Below are positions 27,047-37,244 of a stretch of DNA of 64,000 nucleotides, piece by piece. Source of the DNA: a bacterium (GTDB lineage: Bacteria > Zhuqueibacterota > Zhuqueibacteria > Residuimicrobiales > Krinioviventaceae); contig OY843751.1 of assembly GCA_963693055.1 (NCBI GenBank), positions 1,056,001-1,120,000 of the forward strand, given 5' to 3'. Position 1 is the first letter of the stretch, and every line of letters starts with the position of its first letter. The translations under genes were made by a program, and so were the position numbers. The notes under the pieces were generated by a model that made no database searches, was not told where the DNA came from, and saw nothing but the letters and a program-made list of their open reading frames with translations.

Positions 27047-30000
27047 GTGATTGCTATGAAATTAAATATAGTATTCTTGCTAATAGGATTTATGATTGCT
27101 TTTGTTTTTGCCGGGCCTGAATTTGATACCGGGGTGCATGAAAAACTGGCCAAGGCAAAAGAACAACGTGTTCGTAACATGTTGAGACAAGAGCAAGCGC
27201 TCCCGGATGTTGAAACTGTTCATGCAATTGATATTGTGCATTATGATCTGCAGCTTGATTTTGATATCAATGCCAAGGTTTTGTATGGTAAAGTTGGTGT
27301 TACAGCATTGGTAAATGTAGACGCTATCTCCATGATGGGCTTGAACATGTGGGATGGATTGGTTGTAGATTCTATTGTTGTGAGTGAAACACAACAACTT
27401 TTAAATTATTCAATCAAAGGTGCGTTTGACATGCTTATGATCAGCCTGGATCGTGAATATCGTGCGGGTGAGTATATTCAATTTCAGGTTGTTTATCATG
27501 GGAAACCTCAAAATTCAGGATACAGGGCTTTTGATTTTTCCGGTAACGGTAACAGTACAAATATCTGGTCTTTGAGTGAGCCTTTTGGCGCTAGAAGCTG
27601 GTGGCCATGTAGAGATACACCTTCAGATAAAGCAGATTCCGTTGATATTCATTTGACTGTACCCAACAATATGATTGCAGTATCAAATGGAACGCTCCGT
27701 TCAGCGGAGAACCACGGCGAGAAAACTACCTGGTGGTGGCATGAGCAATATCCTATAACAACTTATCTAGTTTCAGTTGCAATCCATGAATATGAAATCC
27801 ATTATGATAACTATATTTATAATGATGGTGCCGATACCATGGCTATTGAATTTTATAACTATCCGGGCAATTACCAGGCGCAAAAAAAAGATCTGGATAA
27901 AGTCAAACACATGATAGAATTCCTGTCTGATATATATGGCCAATACCCGTTTATCAAAGAAAAATATGGTCACGCGGATTATGGCGGGGGAGGAGCAATG
28001 GAACACCAAACCTGCTCTTCTTTTAGTTTTTGGGGTGAGGAAGTATTTGTGCATGAACTTGCGCATCAATGGTGCGGAGATCTGATTACTTGTGATTCCT
28101 GGGAGCACATTTGGCTGAACGAAGGATTTGCAACCTATAGTGAAGCTTTATGGTATGAACATGCATATACTAATGTTACTGCAAGCAAATACCAAATGAG
28201 AACGGTTGGCGCAGTGGGGGAAGGTACCGTAATAGTTGAAGATCCCTTGAACGATCGTATTTTTGATGCAGGATTGTCATACAACAAGGGATCATGGATT
28301 TTGCATATGCTGCGTCATGTTGTAGGGGACAGTTCATTTTTTAATATCATGAAATACTATTTTGGAGAGTCAGAGTATAGATTTAATTCCGCTACAACAG
28401 AGCAGTTTAGAGACCTATGTGAACAGATTTCCGGAATGGACTTGGATACATTTTTTCATCAATGGATATATGAACCGGGAAGACCTGTTTATCAGGTGTT
28501 TTGGGATTGGGAGCCGTTGCCGGACGAAACATATCGAGTGTTTGGATTTTTAAAACAGGTGCAGACTTTGGGGCCTGTTTTTGAAATGCCAATTGATATA
28601 ACCATTTTACAACCAACGCTGGATACATTGATTACGATACAGAATAATATCTCTGAGCAACCTTTTGAATTTATTGTTCAGGATGTTCCGCTGGGGGTTA
28701 TTGTTGATAAAGATAACTGGATCCTCAAGGAGGTAGAGTATCTCTCTCGGCCTGACATAAAAATAGATTCAATAGTCGTTACAGAATCTTTGGGCAATCA
28801 AAATGGTGTGCCTGAAGCGGGTGAACAAATTTATATGCAAATTCAGATTGAGAATTTGAATCGGCGTTTAAAATCAGTCGACTTTTTACTCTCATCAGAT
28901 GAAGAATCTGTAGAAATTCTGGAAAATACCTGGCAGGTGAGTGATTGGATCAAAGGTGATATCATGGGTAATGACCCTCTTGAAATTAAAATGAATATTA
29001 CAGATAAAGCTTATCCGCATCTTGTTAAATTTAAAATGCAACTTTTAACAGATGGGGATTTTGAATTAAATTATTATTTTTATTTTCCTATAGGAATTGA
29101 ACCTTTATTATATGTTGATGACAGCAATTCTTTAGAGTCTCAGCTTTATTTTGAAACTTTATTGAAAAGATACAATATTTTCTATGAAAAATGGGAAACA
29201 GCATTGCAAGGTCCGCCGGAATTAGACGACAAGCTTATGGTTATCTGGTCTACCGGAAATGAGACTGATAGTACGTTTACAACTAGGGAGCAAGGTGTAA
29301 TTCGCGAATACCTTGATAAAGGTGGCAGAATGTTGATATGTGGTCAACATATAGGTTTTGATCTGGTTGAAAACGGAACCGTAGAGGATTCTCTGTTTTA
29401 TTCCAATATTCTCAATGCCGAATACGCGGGACGTGAAACAGATTTTAGATATCTTTACGGCATTGGGAATACGCTATTTGAAAACAGTGTATTGCTAAGC
29501 TTATTGCAGGACAAGAGTAATTATAATTTCAGTGATTACCCGGAAATAATTGTTCCAATGCATACGGAAGATCGATTGTTTAAATATAACAATACAGCCA
29601 ATACATCCGGGATATATTTTCATAATGAAATAAATGATTCAAAGCTGATATATCTTTCATTTGGTCTTGAGGGTATTTCCACATTATATGATCCAAATGC
29701 AATGCAGAAATTTGTAAATGGTACCTTGATGTGGTTTATGGATTCATCCAAACCTGTAACGTTTTTAACAGAAGAGAAGGAAAATCTATTGGATTATAAA
29801 TTGGGTGATAATTATCCCAATCCCTTTAATCCTGAAACAATAATCTCTTTTACGCTTTCCAGAACAGAACAGGTAACGCTTGAAATATTTGACATTACCG
29901 GTCGCAAAGTCACAACACTATATAATAAAGTTGCTGCACCTGGTGAATATTCTGTTAACTGGACGGGTAAAGATATGAATGGAACACAGATGCCCAGTGG

Positions 30001-30067
30001 TACGTATTTCTACCGACTTGAGAGCAAATCGTTTAGTGAAACGAAAAAATTATTGCTGTTACGGTAA
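27047..30067 (+). CDS. M1 family aminopeptidase with C-terminal FlgD/T9SS-like domain
   Basis: GAMEH, HELAHQW...WLNEGFA and YNKG motifs; NYPNPFNP tail. Start may be ATG 27056. Confidence 0.93.
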   Translation: MIAMKLNIVFLLIGFMIAFVFAGPEFDTGVHEKLAKAKEQRVRNMLRQEQALPDVETVHAIDIVHYDLQLDFDINAKVLYGKVGVTALVNVDAISMMGLNMWDGLVVDSIVVSETQQLLNYSIKGAFDMLMISLDREYRAGEYIQFQVVYHGKPQNSGYRAFDFSGNGNSTNIWSLSEPFGARSWWPCRDTPSDKADSVDIHLTVPNNMIAVSNGTLRSAENHGEKTTWWWHEQYPITTYLVSVAIHEYEIHYDNYIYNDGADTMAIEFYNYPGNYQAQKKDLDKVKHMIEFLSDIYGQYPFIKEKYGHADYGGGGAMEHQTCSSFSFWGEEVFVHELAHQWCGDLITCDSWEHIWLNEGFATYSEALWYEHAYTNVTASKYQMRTVGAVGEGTVIVEDPLNDRIFDAGLSYNKGSWILHMLRHVVGDSSFFNIMKYYFGESEYRFNSATTEQFRDLCEQISGMDLDTFFHQWIYEPGRPVYQVFWDWEPLPDETYRVFGFLKQVQTLGPVFEMPIDITILQPTLDTLITIQNNISEQPFEFIVQDVPLGVIVDKDNWILKEVEYLSRPDIKIDSIVVTESLGNQNGVPEAGEQIYMQIQIENLNRRLKSVDFLLSSDEESVEILENTWQVSDWIKGDIMGNDPLEIKMNITDKAYPHLVKFKMQLLTDGDFELNYYFYFPIGIEPLLYVDDSNSLESQLYFETLLKRYNIFYEKWETALQGPPELDDKLMVIWSTGNETDSTFTTREQGVIREYLDKGGRMLICGQHIGFDLVENGTVEDSLFYSNILNAEYAGRETDFRYLYGIGNTLFENSVLLSLLQDKSNYNFSDYPEIIVPMHTEDRLFKYNNTANTSGIYFHNEINDSKLIYLSFGLEGISTLYDPNAMQKFVNGTLMWFMDSSKPVTFLTEEKENLLDYKLGDNYPNPFNPETIISFTLSRTEQVTLEIFDITGRKVTTLYNKVAAPGEYSVNWTGKDMNGTQMPSGTYFYRLESKSFSETKKLLLLR

Positions 30068-30195
30068 GCAGTTTATCAGGCACAATTCTTTGGTTAGAAA
30101 CAGGTAGTCCGATTTTTCTTGCAATTTTGTATTAATATAATTAATATATGAAGTTAAACTTGTTTTGGGTGAACATTAAAAATAAGGGGAATGTT

Positions 30196-30570
30196 ATGTT
30201 TTTATATGGTCTGGTACCCGGTTTATTTGCAGGTTTAGTATGGGTATGGTATTCAAGTAAATATGAACTGTATCCGGAAAATAAATTAAGCCAGTTTGAT
30301 AGAAAAGTTTTGTCCATTCTTGGCTTTGGTGCATTGTTGTTGATAGCGGGGCCCATAAGTATATATTTTTATTCTCTACGGTATGTAGGCTCGGGTAATT
30401 CTGCTTTTTGGGACCATTTATTTGTTTTAGGAGTTCCAATAATTATTTTAAATTTGATGAATTTAAAAAACATTAACAGGAATAAATTGATTCAATTTAT
30501 GTTTTCAGGACTAATTGTTTTAATATTTGGATTTGTTACACCTTTGATGTTTACGATACAGAACCACTGA
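30196..30570 (+). CDS. Small hypothetical membrane protein
   Basis: Four hydrophobic segments; SD AAGGGGA before ATG 30196. Confidence 0.6.
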   Translation: MFLYGLVPGLFAGLVWVWYSSKYELYPENKLSQFDRKVLSILGFGALLLIAGPISIYFYSLRYVGSGNSAFWDHLFVLGVPIIILNLMNLKNINRNKLIQFMFSGLIVLIFGFVTPLMFTIQNH

Positions 30571-30585
30571 TTGGAGTAAAAAAAA

Positions 30586-32463
30586 TTGTTACGGCGTTGG
30601 GATGCGGTTATTGTTGTTATATTGACTATGGTATTTACAGTATTGTACGCAAGTACTCCTGCTGAAGATTATGATAAAGTGCAATCAAGACTGGCACAGG
30701 GATGGAACACCTGGAACACGCACAGTTTATTGTCGCATGTGTTATTACCCCATGGTTTGGCCGTAAATATTGGTCTGAAATATTCCGGGGTTGAAGGTGA
30801 CTCTTTTTTGAATTCTCCCCTTGTTGAACAAGAAAAAGAAAATGCAGTTATTCAATTCGGTCCGCATGCCTGGGACGGCAGCTATACTGAATTGATTGTA
30901 ACATGGCAGGGTGCACGTATCAAGGTACAAAGCGCGGTAGAAAATCGTGATTGGTACATATTGCTTTCCCCCGAGATAAAAGCTGACAGACCATTGATTG
31001 CTTACGCAGAGGCAGGTATGCTGTGGAACTTTTCAGGATCAGTGGCATTTGCAGGAGATCATGTTGAAGCGGTTTTTCCTGATTCTTTGGTAAATATTTA
31101 TGCATCTGGACAATTACTCGTTGATGCGGGTTTACCGGTTTTGTCTCCATATTTGGCAATCCGTTTGGATAATGCTGTTGGTTTCTGTACCGGTGCACAA
31201 AAAAGTATATCTGAAATACAATCTGTGATTAACCAGAAAAAAATGGATCTTGATGCCGCTGCGCAAAAGTTTGGAAATTCATCAGATGCGTATCTTGCAA
31301 TGCAAAGCGTTGTAGCCTGGAATACCATTTATGACGCGGGTAAAAAAAGGGTTATTACTACTCCTGATCGGCTTCAAAACAAGATCAATGGTGGTTGGGC
31401 ATTGAATGCTACGGATATTTTTTATTCAGCTTTAATGACATTACCGGATTATAAAGATCTGGCCTTGGCAAATATTGTTGAAATATTGCGTGAAAATACC
31501 GAATTGGGATTTGTACCCGCAACCGTGTGTGCTAATGGTAAAACCACCCTGGACCGCTCTGCATTACCGCTTGGGTCGACTGCTGTATTGAAATATTTTA
31601 AAAAATATAAAGAAAAGTGGCTTTTGGAACTGGTCTTTCAAGAGCTTTTGACCTGGAACCGTTGGTGGGATATTTACAGGAATTATGACGGACTGCTAAG
31701 TTGGGGTTCTAATCCTTATTCGGACCCCTTTAATGACCCTGCCAGAGGTAATTTGCGGGCTGCAATTTTAGAATCGGGTACAGTTAACTCTCCCATGTAT
31801 GATCTTGTTCCTTTTAACGATAAAACACAATTGATGGAATTGTGGGATGTGGGTTTAAACAGTCTATATGTAATGGATTGTAAAGCGTTGGCGGAAATTG
31901 CAGTAACATTAGGCAAGACTTCTGAAGAGCGTGAGCTCCGTATGCGTGGTGAACAATATGCTGATAATATTGAAAGATTATGGGATGATAAAGCCGGATT
32001 GTATGTAAATGTTCGTACAGATACAGACGAAAAGAGCTCCCGAATCTCTCCTACATCTTTTTACCCTTTGATTGCTAAAATTCCAGATGAAGCAAGAGCG
32101 AAAAAGATGGTTGAAACCCACTTGCTTGATCCACAAAAATTTTGGGGTAATTGGATAGTTCCATCAATCTCAAAAACAGACCAGGCATATAAAGATAACA
32201 ATTACTGGCGTGGAAGAATTGTGGCACCCGTTAATTTCTTTTTGTATCTGGGGCTGGATAATTATGATATGGCCCAGTTCAAGACTGAATTGGCTGAGAA
32301 ATCACAAGCTTTACTGGTGAACGGATGGTCTGAAAACGGTTGTATATGTGAAAATTTTAATGCTGAGACCGGTATGGGTAACGATATAGAATACAATAAA
32401 AATTTTAATCTGTGCAGTGGTTTGCTGGGGTTGATTTCACTCATGAATGCCGGACAATTTTAA
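30586..32463 (+). CDS. MGH1/GH63-like (trehalase-fold) glycoside hydrolase homolog, active site apparently degenerate
   Basis: GWNTWN, ESGxxNSPMYD, PTSFYPL, YWRGRI and ENFN landmarks; expected catalytic Asp replaced. Confidence 0.8.
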   Translation: MLRRWDAVIVVILTMVFTVLYASTPAEDYDKVQSRLAQGWNTWNTHSLLSHVLLPHGLAVNIGLKYSGVEGDSFLNSPLVEQEKENAVIQFGPHAWDGSYTELIVTWQGARIKVQSAVENRDWYILLSPEIKADRPLIAYAEAGMLWNFSGSVAFAGDHVEAVFPDSLVNIYASGQLLVDAGLPVLSPYLAIRLDNAVGFCTGAQKSISEIQSVINQKKMDLDAAAQKFGNSSDAYLAMQSVVAWNTIYDAGKKRVITTPDRLQNKINGGWALNATDIFYSALMTLPDYKDLALANIVEILRENTELGFVPATVCANGKTTLDRSALPLGSTAVLKYFKKYKEKWLLELVFQELLTWNRWWDIYRNYDGLLSWGSNPYSDPFNDPARGNLRAAILESGTVNSPMYDLVPFNDKTQLMELWDVGLNSLYVMDCKALAEIAVTLGKTSEERELRMRGEQYADNIERLWDDKAGLYVNVRTDTDEKSSRISPTSFYPLIAKIPDEARAKKMVETHLLDPQKFWGNWIVPSISKTDQAYKDNNYWRGRIVAPVNFFLYLGLDNYDMAQFKTELAEKSQALLVNGWSENGCICENFNAETGMGNDIEYNKNFNLCSGLLGLISLMNAGQF

Positions 32464-32505
32464 ATTATAATAACGGTATTTTTATTTTCACACCATAGAA
32501 TTTCA

Positions 32506-32534
32506 TGTAAACAAAGATTATAATTGATTCGTCT
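32506..32534 (+). promoter_or_regulatory. Putative autoregulatory ECF-sigma promoter
   Basis: TGTAAAC-N17-CGTCT (AAC...CGT signature) about 50 nt upstream of the ECF sigma gene. Confidence 0.65.
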
Positions 32535-32584
32535 TATTATTGAGTAGTGTTCAATACATGACGAGGTTATGTGCAGGATATTGA

Positions 32585-33145
32585 ATGGCGGACAAGGATA
32601 AGCGACTTGTAAAACAGGCACAAAATGGAGATCGGTCCGCCTTTGGATTGCTGGTCAAGCGGTATCGTATGCAGGTACTCTATCTTGCATTTGATATTGT
32701 AGGCAATTACGATGATGCACAGGATGTAGCGCAGGAAACATTTATTCGAGCATTTACGCGGCTGCATCAATATGAAGATCGTGCCAAGTTTTCAACCTGG
32801 TTGTATCGTATAACGGTTAACCTTGCGTTGGATACACATCGTAAAAAAAAGCGCAGTCGTCAAGACGCACTGGACACCCGGGTACGTGAAGTTGAAGCTC
32901 TGAGTATACGTGAAGAGTTTGAAGGCGCTCACCCGGATGAACGTGTTGAACAGAATGAACTCAGAAAAGTTCTGGAGGATGGATTAGATAAATTAACAGA
33001 GAACCAAAGAACTGCAACTGTGTTAAAGTATTTTCATCAAAAAACATCCAAAGAAATTGCCGAGATTATGGGTTGCGCTGAAAGTACGGTTAGAATTCAC
33101 ATTTACAGAGCTTTGCAGAATTTAAAAAATACGATCAATTATTAA
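32585..33145 (+). CDS. ECF RNA polymerase sigma factor
   Basis: DAQDVAQETF, FSTWLYRI, EIAEIMG..ESTV motifs. Confidence 0.95.
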   Translation: MADKDKRLVKQAQNGDRSAFGLLVKRYRMQVLYLAFDIVGNYDDAQDVAQETFIRAFTRLHQYEDRAKFSTWLYRITVNLALDTHRKKKRSRQDALDTRVREVEALSIREEFEGAHPDERVEQNELRKVLEDGLDKLTENQRTATVLKYFHQKTSKEIAEIMGCAESTVRIHIYRALQNLKNTINY

Positions 33146-33165
33146 GATAATTAGAGAAGATTATC

Positions 33166-33957
33166 ATGAGCACAAAATGTAAATACAGTCACCTGCTGCC
33201 CTTGTTTCTTGATGGAGGCATGTCTAACAGCGAGCATGATGAATTTACATCTCATCTTGATGAATGTAAAGATTGCTCCATGAGTTTAAACGGTTTGACC
33301 AGTATTGAACAGATGCTTGACCAATATAATCGAGAAGAACCTTCAGTAGAAATTCTTTACGCATATCAAACACGTTTAACTAAACATTTTCCAATAACTA
33401 ACAGGTTTGTAGCTGCCTGGCGACGTACTTTATACAGTTGGAACTGGATTTTGGATTATCATCCCCGGGTGATGACTGTAGCGCGGGCTGCGGCTTTTGT
33501 TTTTATTGGTGTTTTAATTGGAAGATTTGTATTTTATACTCCGGTAAATGAGCCAGAGATGTTGGCGTCTAGCGCTGAGGTCATGGTTCTTGCCCCGGAT
33601 TCCAAAGATGTACATCTGGTGAATGAATTTTTTACACAATCTGAGATTTTGCTGCTTGCAATTAAACATACAGATGAGAATTCTACCGCGCAGCAAACCG
33701 GTGATTTGAAATTTGAAAAACAGCTTGCTCAGAATTTATTGTTCAAATCTCAACAGCTGCAGGAAAATATGATTGTGCTGCAAGATCAGGAATTGAAAGC
33801 CTTTTTGGAAAAGCTTGAATTGGTACTGCTGGAAATTTCAAACACTGAAGATTCTGAAATACGTTATATATTTAGCGAGTTGAAAAAGATTATAAACAAT
33901 ACCAAAATGGTAAACCAGTCTAAACAGATTCAAAAGAAAATTGAGAAATTGATCTGA
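33166..33957 (+). CDS. zf-HC2 (ZAS) membrane anti-sigma factor
   Basis: HLDECKDC (HxxxCxxC), one TM helix, directly downstream of the sigma gene. Confidence 0.88.
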   Translation: MSTKCKYSHLLPLFLDGGMSNSEHDEFTSHLDECKDCSMSLNGLTSIEQMLDQYNREEPSVEILYAYQTRLTKHFPITNRFVAAWRRTLYSWNWILDYHPRVMTVARAAAFVFIGVLIGRFVFYTPVNEPEMLASSAEVMVLAPDSKDVHLVNEFFTQSEILLLAIKHTDENSTAQQTGDLKFEKQLAQNLLFKSQQLQENMIVLQDQELKAFLEKLELVLLEISNTEDSEIRYIFSELKKIINNTKMVNQSKQIQKKIEKLI

Positions 33958-34000
33958 AATAAATATACAGGCTTGTTAATAAACAGTCTTTGAGGTCTTT

Positions 34001-35569
34001 ATGAGAATACAATCCGTTCGTTTCACCCTTGTTCTACTGGCCATGATTTTTATTTCTGAATTGTTTGGAAATACGGGGGATGCCGTGCAGGATTTGTACT
34101 TTAATGCCAAGACCCGAACCATGGAACAGAAATGGGAACAGGCTATACAGTTGTACAGCGAGATTATTAAGCAATATCCTGACAGCAGATATTTTGATGA
34201 ATCACGATTCTGGATTGGGTATTGTTATGAAAAAAAAGAAGGGGGCCTTGAAAATGCATTTATGGCGTTTAATGAATTGTTAAGTGCTAATAAAAGCAGC
34301 TCATGGGCCGATGACGCTCTTTTGCATCAGATCTATATTTCTGAAAAGTTGTTTCATTCAGAAAATCCGGAATATCGTAATTTTTTGATTGGTAAACTCT
34401 CAGATCCGCAAATCAATGTACGAAATCAGGCTGCCCTGGCGCTTGCCAGAAACGGGCACAAAAGCGCGCTGCCGGTATTAAAAGATATCCCCAAAGATGA
34501 AGATTCTTTTGAAGAAGCCCAGATTTTGATCAGAGAGATTGAGAAAAATGCAGGACAAGAATCCGGTGTTGCGGCAACAGTACGGGATGAGTTGGTTATT
34601 GATCAGAAAGCCCCGAATCCCAGTGTTACATTAAAGGCGGATGGCCACCGTATTGGTTACTTTGCCAAACAACGGTTTGCCCAGTATCAAAATTTGACCA
34701 AAAAAGAGGATGTCTGGTCTCAGGAAGAATTGATTGATTTTGGATTGTGGCATATACTACGAGCGGATATTTTTGATTATTACATCATGCTAGACAGCGT
34801 GGGCAAAGAGAAATTTATGCGTAAGCTCTGGCTTACTAACGATCCTACTCCCACAACAACATTAAATGAAGCCCAGCAGGAATTTTACCGAAGAATTAAA
34901 TATGCACGTGAGCATTATTCCTATTTTGATAATTTACCCGGGCATTATTATGCTCCCTGGGATGCAAGGGGAGAAGTATATATAAAGTATGGAACACCTC
35001 ATTCCATCAAAATTCGGGGTATGGAAGAATTGTGGTATTATCCTGAGCATAACCATCTTCAATTTATGGTGCGCCGCTATGTAACCAATATTTTTGGCCG
35101 CGCTATATTTACACGTTATGGAACGCGATGGGGCATGTGGGCTGATCCGCAAAAGATTGATCCTGAATCTTTTGAATTGATTTACAAGCCTGTGTTTGTT
35201 TATAAATTTGAAGGTCCATTCAAAGAATTGGAAGACTTGCAAACCACAGTCAAGATGGATGGCGGGTATCCTACTTTGCATTATACAATACCGGCAAAAT
35301 CATTTAAAATTCAAAAGGATGATTCAGGTTATTACATTGATTATATTGAAAGATATGCTATTTACAACAGTGAATACTTGCAGGTTAAAACAGAAGAAAC
35401 CCCCAAACGTCTTACGGGTAGTAAATATGAATTAAAAAATATGACCATAGAACAGGATGTTAAAATGGAACTGGGACCCGGAGATTATTTTATGGGTATT
35501 CGTCTTGAAGATAAAGCTGCAAAAAAACGAGCTGTAAGTAAAATGAATTTTAAAGTGAAAAATTTTTAG
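34001..35569 (+). CDS. Exported TPR/HEAT protein with GWxTD-like domain
   Basis: Signal peptide; YPDS..DE..FWIG TPR; HEAT unit; DPTP.T.LNE..EFYRRI.YA...DARGEVYIKYG.P. Confidence 0.75.
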   Translation: MRIQSVRFTLVLLAMIFISELFGNTGDAVQDLYFNAKTRTMEQKWEQAIQLYSEIIKQYPDSRYFDESRFWIGYCYEKKEGGLENAFMAFNELLSANKSSSWADDALLHQIYISEKLFHSENPEYRNFLIGKLSDPQINVRNQAALALARNGHKSALPVLKDIPKDEDSFEEAQILIREIEKNAGQESGVAATVRDELVIDQKAPNPSVTLKADGHRIGYFAKQRFAQYQNLTKKEDVWSQEELIDFGLWHILRADIFDYYIMLDSVGKEKFMRKLWLTNDPTPTTTLNEAQQEFYRRIKYAREHYSYFDNLPGHYYAPWDARGEVYIKYGTPHSIKIRGMEELWYYPEHNHLQFMVRRYVTNIFGRAIFTRYGTRWGMWADPQKIDPESFELIYKPVFVYKFEGPFKELEDLQTTVKMDGGYPTLHYTIPAKSFKIQKDDSGYYIDYIERYAIYNSEYLQVKTEETPKRLTGSKYELKNMTIEQDVKMELGPGDYFMGIRLEDKAAKKRAVSKMNFKVKNF

Positions 35570-35674
35570 GAACTTGTTTGTGTTTATCTAGTTAAAACAC
35601 CATAGCTGGAAACGCAGGTATGCGTTGACTTGCTCTCCTTCCCTGAGCCCCGGAAAAACCGGGGCTTTTTTTTT
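35569..35674 (+). ncRNA. Candidate ~75-nt sRNA with RpoE-like promoter, anti-SD tract and terminator
   Basis: GGAACTT-N15-GTTAAA, hairpin AACGCA/TGCGTT, CTCTCCTTCCCT, then a terminator. Confidence 0.4.
35646..35674 (+). terminator. Intrinsic terminator
   Basis: AGCCCCGG/CCGGGGCT stem followed by a long T-run. Confidence 0.9.
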
Positions 35675-35677
35675 ATA

Positions 35678-36790
35678 TCAAGACATTTCTAAAAGTGTAT
35701 GATACAAGTGGTGAAGTAACAGGCGATTGTCCAGAGACGCATATGTTACCCTGCCACCCATTCTGTAAAAGGATTTTAAAAAGCGCAGGTAATAATCTGG
35801 AGAGCTTTTAGGAGGCTCACCCTGTGACCAGTCCCATACTGATGCTTGAAGATCGTTAATAATGATTTCATGGTTCTGAACAATTTTACCTTCACGCAAA
35901 AGCATGTTGTTTGCAAAAGATACAGCCTTTTCAAACACCTGTGGTGCCATAATAGCAGAACCAACTGATAAAAACACACCATTTGACAGGTTTTTTACAG
36001 AGTGTACAAAACTGCCATAATCCAGATGAGCTCCACGTCCCAGGGCTGCGCCATTGGCAAAGGGATTGTTATATATAATATCATACCCAATTCCAGGATG
36101 TACAGTAACAGGTACATTTAAACGATACGCGTTACCAAAAATTGAAAACGCTTTATTCGGATGCAATACCGACTCTTTTCCACCTGACATGTTGAATGTT
36201 TTTAATGTATTGTATAATTCTGCTTTTGCTGGCAGTAATTCATCGTTATTGTCAATGGCCTTGCGAATGTCTGCTTCCAGTTCTTCAATAGTGGGCAAAT
36301 CAAGGGTATCTTCCTGGATCAATTTGCCAAGAGATTGACCATAGCCCATATTTTGTATTGCACCAGCTTGAACCGCAAGACTGATGTACTTGCCAGTTTC
36401 TTCCCAGGTTCCAAAGGTACCGGTTTTAACATTTGCTCTTACATCTTCTTCAGTTCTGCCAAAATATGCGAGTTCCCAATCATGAATGCTGCCCGCGCCT
36501 TGTGTTGAAACGTGAGTAATCCATCCCTTTTCCATCAAACGTACAACAATATGTGAAGCACCATTTTTCACTAGATGGGCTCCATATGCCATCATAATAG
36601 ATGCATTATTCGCTTTGGCTGATAGTATTTTTTCAGCAATAGGCGTTACCAGTTCTTTAATCTCTTTATTGGGGGCCGGTGGTGTATCCGGATCAATAGT
36701 GATAGCTTTAAGTTCTGATTTACTTTTTCTTTCTTTAACAGAAAGTACATTAATTTCTCGAGGTCCGATTTTGTCGTATGGCATTTTCAT
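35678..36790 (-). CDS. Conserved hypothetical protein, possibly deoxyhypusine-synthase-like fold
   Basis: GAHLVKNG, IHDWELA..G.T.EDV, GSAIMAPQVFEKA; fold assignment from recall only. Confidence 0.55.
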   Translation of the reverse strand: MKMPYDKIGPREINVLSVKERKSKSELKAITIDPDTPPAPNKEIKELVTPIAEKILSAKANNASIMMAYGAHLVKNGASHIVVRLMEKGWITHVSTQGAGSIHDWELAYFGRTEEDVRANVKTGTFGTWEETGKYISLAVQAGAIQNMGYGQSLGKLIQEDTLDLPTIEELEADIRKAIDNNDELLPAKAELYNTLKTFNMSGGKESVLHPNKAFSIFGNAYRLNVPVTVHPGIGYDIIYNNPFANGAALGRGAHLDYGSFVHSVKNLSNGVFLSVGSAIMAPQVFEKAVSFANNMLLREGKIVQNHEIIINDLQASVWDWSQGEPPKSSPDYYLRFLKSFYRMGGRVTYASLDNRLLLHHLYHTLLEMS

Positions 36791-36932
36791 TCCTTTTTTG
36801 ATTATATGTGACTAAAATACTAAAAAAAATAATAGAATCAAATATTGAATTTTGTATATTATTCTTGATGTTGTCATATATTTTTTTCATAATGTTAATT
36901 ATCTGTTGATTTAAATGTTTTGGAGGTTTTAA

Positions 36933-37235
36933 ATGATTAAGCATATAGTATTGTGGCGATTAAAAGACCAGGCAGAAGGTGCTGATAGTGCGGAAAATGC
37001 AAAAAAAATAGTTCAGGCTTTGAGTACATTGAAATCAAAAATAAGTGAAATTGTTGAACTTGAAGCGGGTATAAATTATAATGAAACCGCCGCGGCCTTT
37101 GATGTTGCATTGTATTCTGTTTTTAAAACCAAACAGGATTTGGAAATATATCAAAAGCACCCCGAGCATGTGAATGTTGCACAAATGGTAAGTAAGCGCG
37201 TTGCGGAACGTGCAGTAGTGGATTATGAAATATAA
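36933..37235 (+). CDS. Dabb family stress-responsive A/B barrel protein
   Basis: MIKHIVLW...YQKHPEH...VDYE; SD GGAGG. Confidence 0.92.
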   Translation: MIKHIVLWRLKDQAEGADSAENAKKIVQALSTLKSKISEIVELEAGINYNETAAAFDVALYSVFKTKQDLEIYQKHPEHVNVAQMVSKRVAERAVVDYEI

Positions 37236-37244
37236 AGGTTAAAC

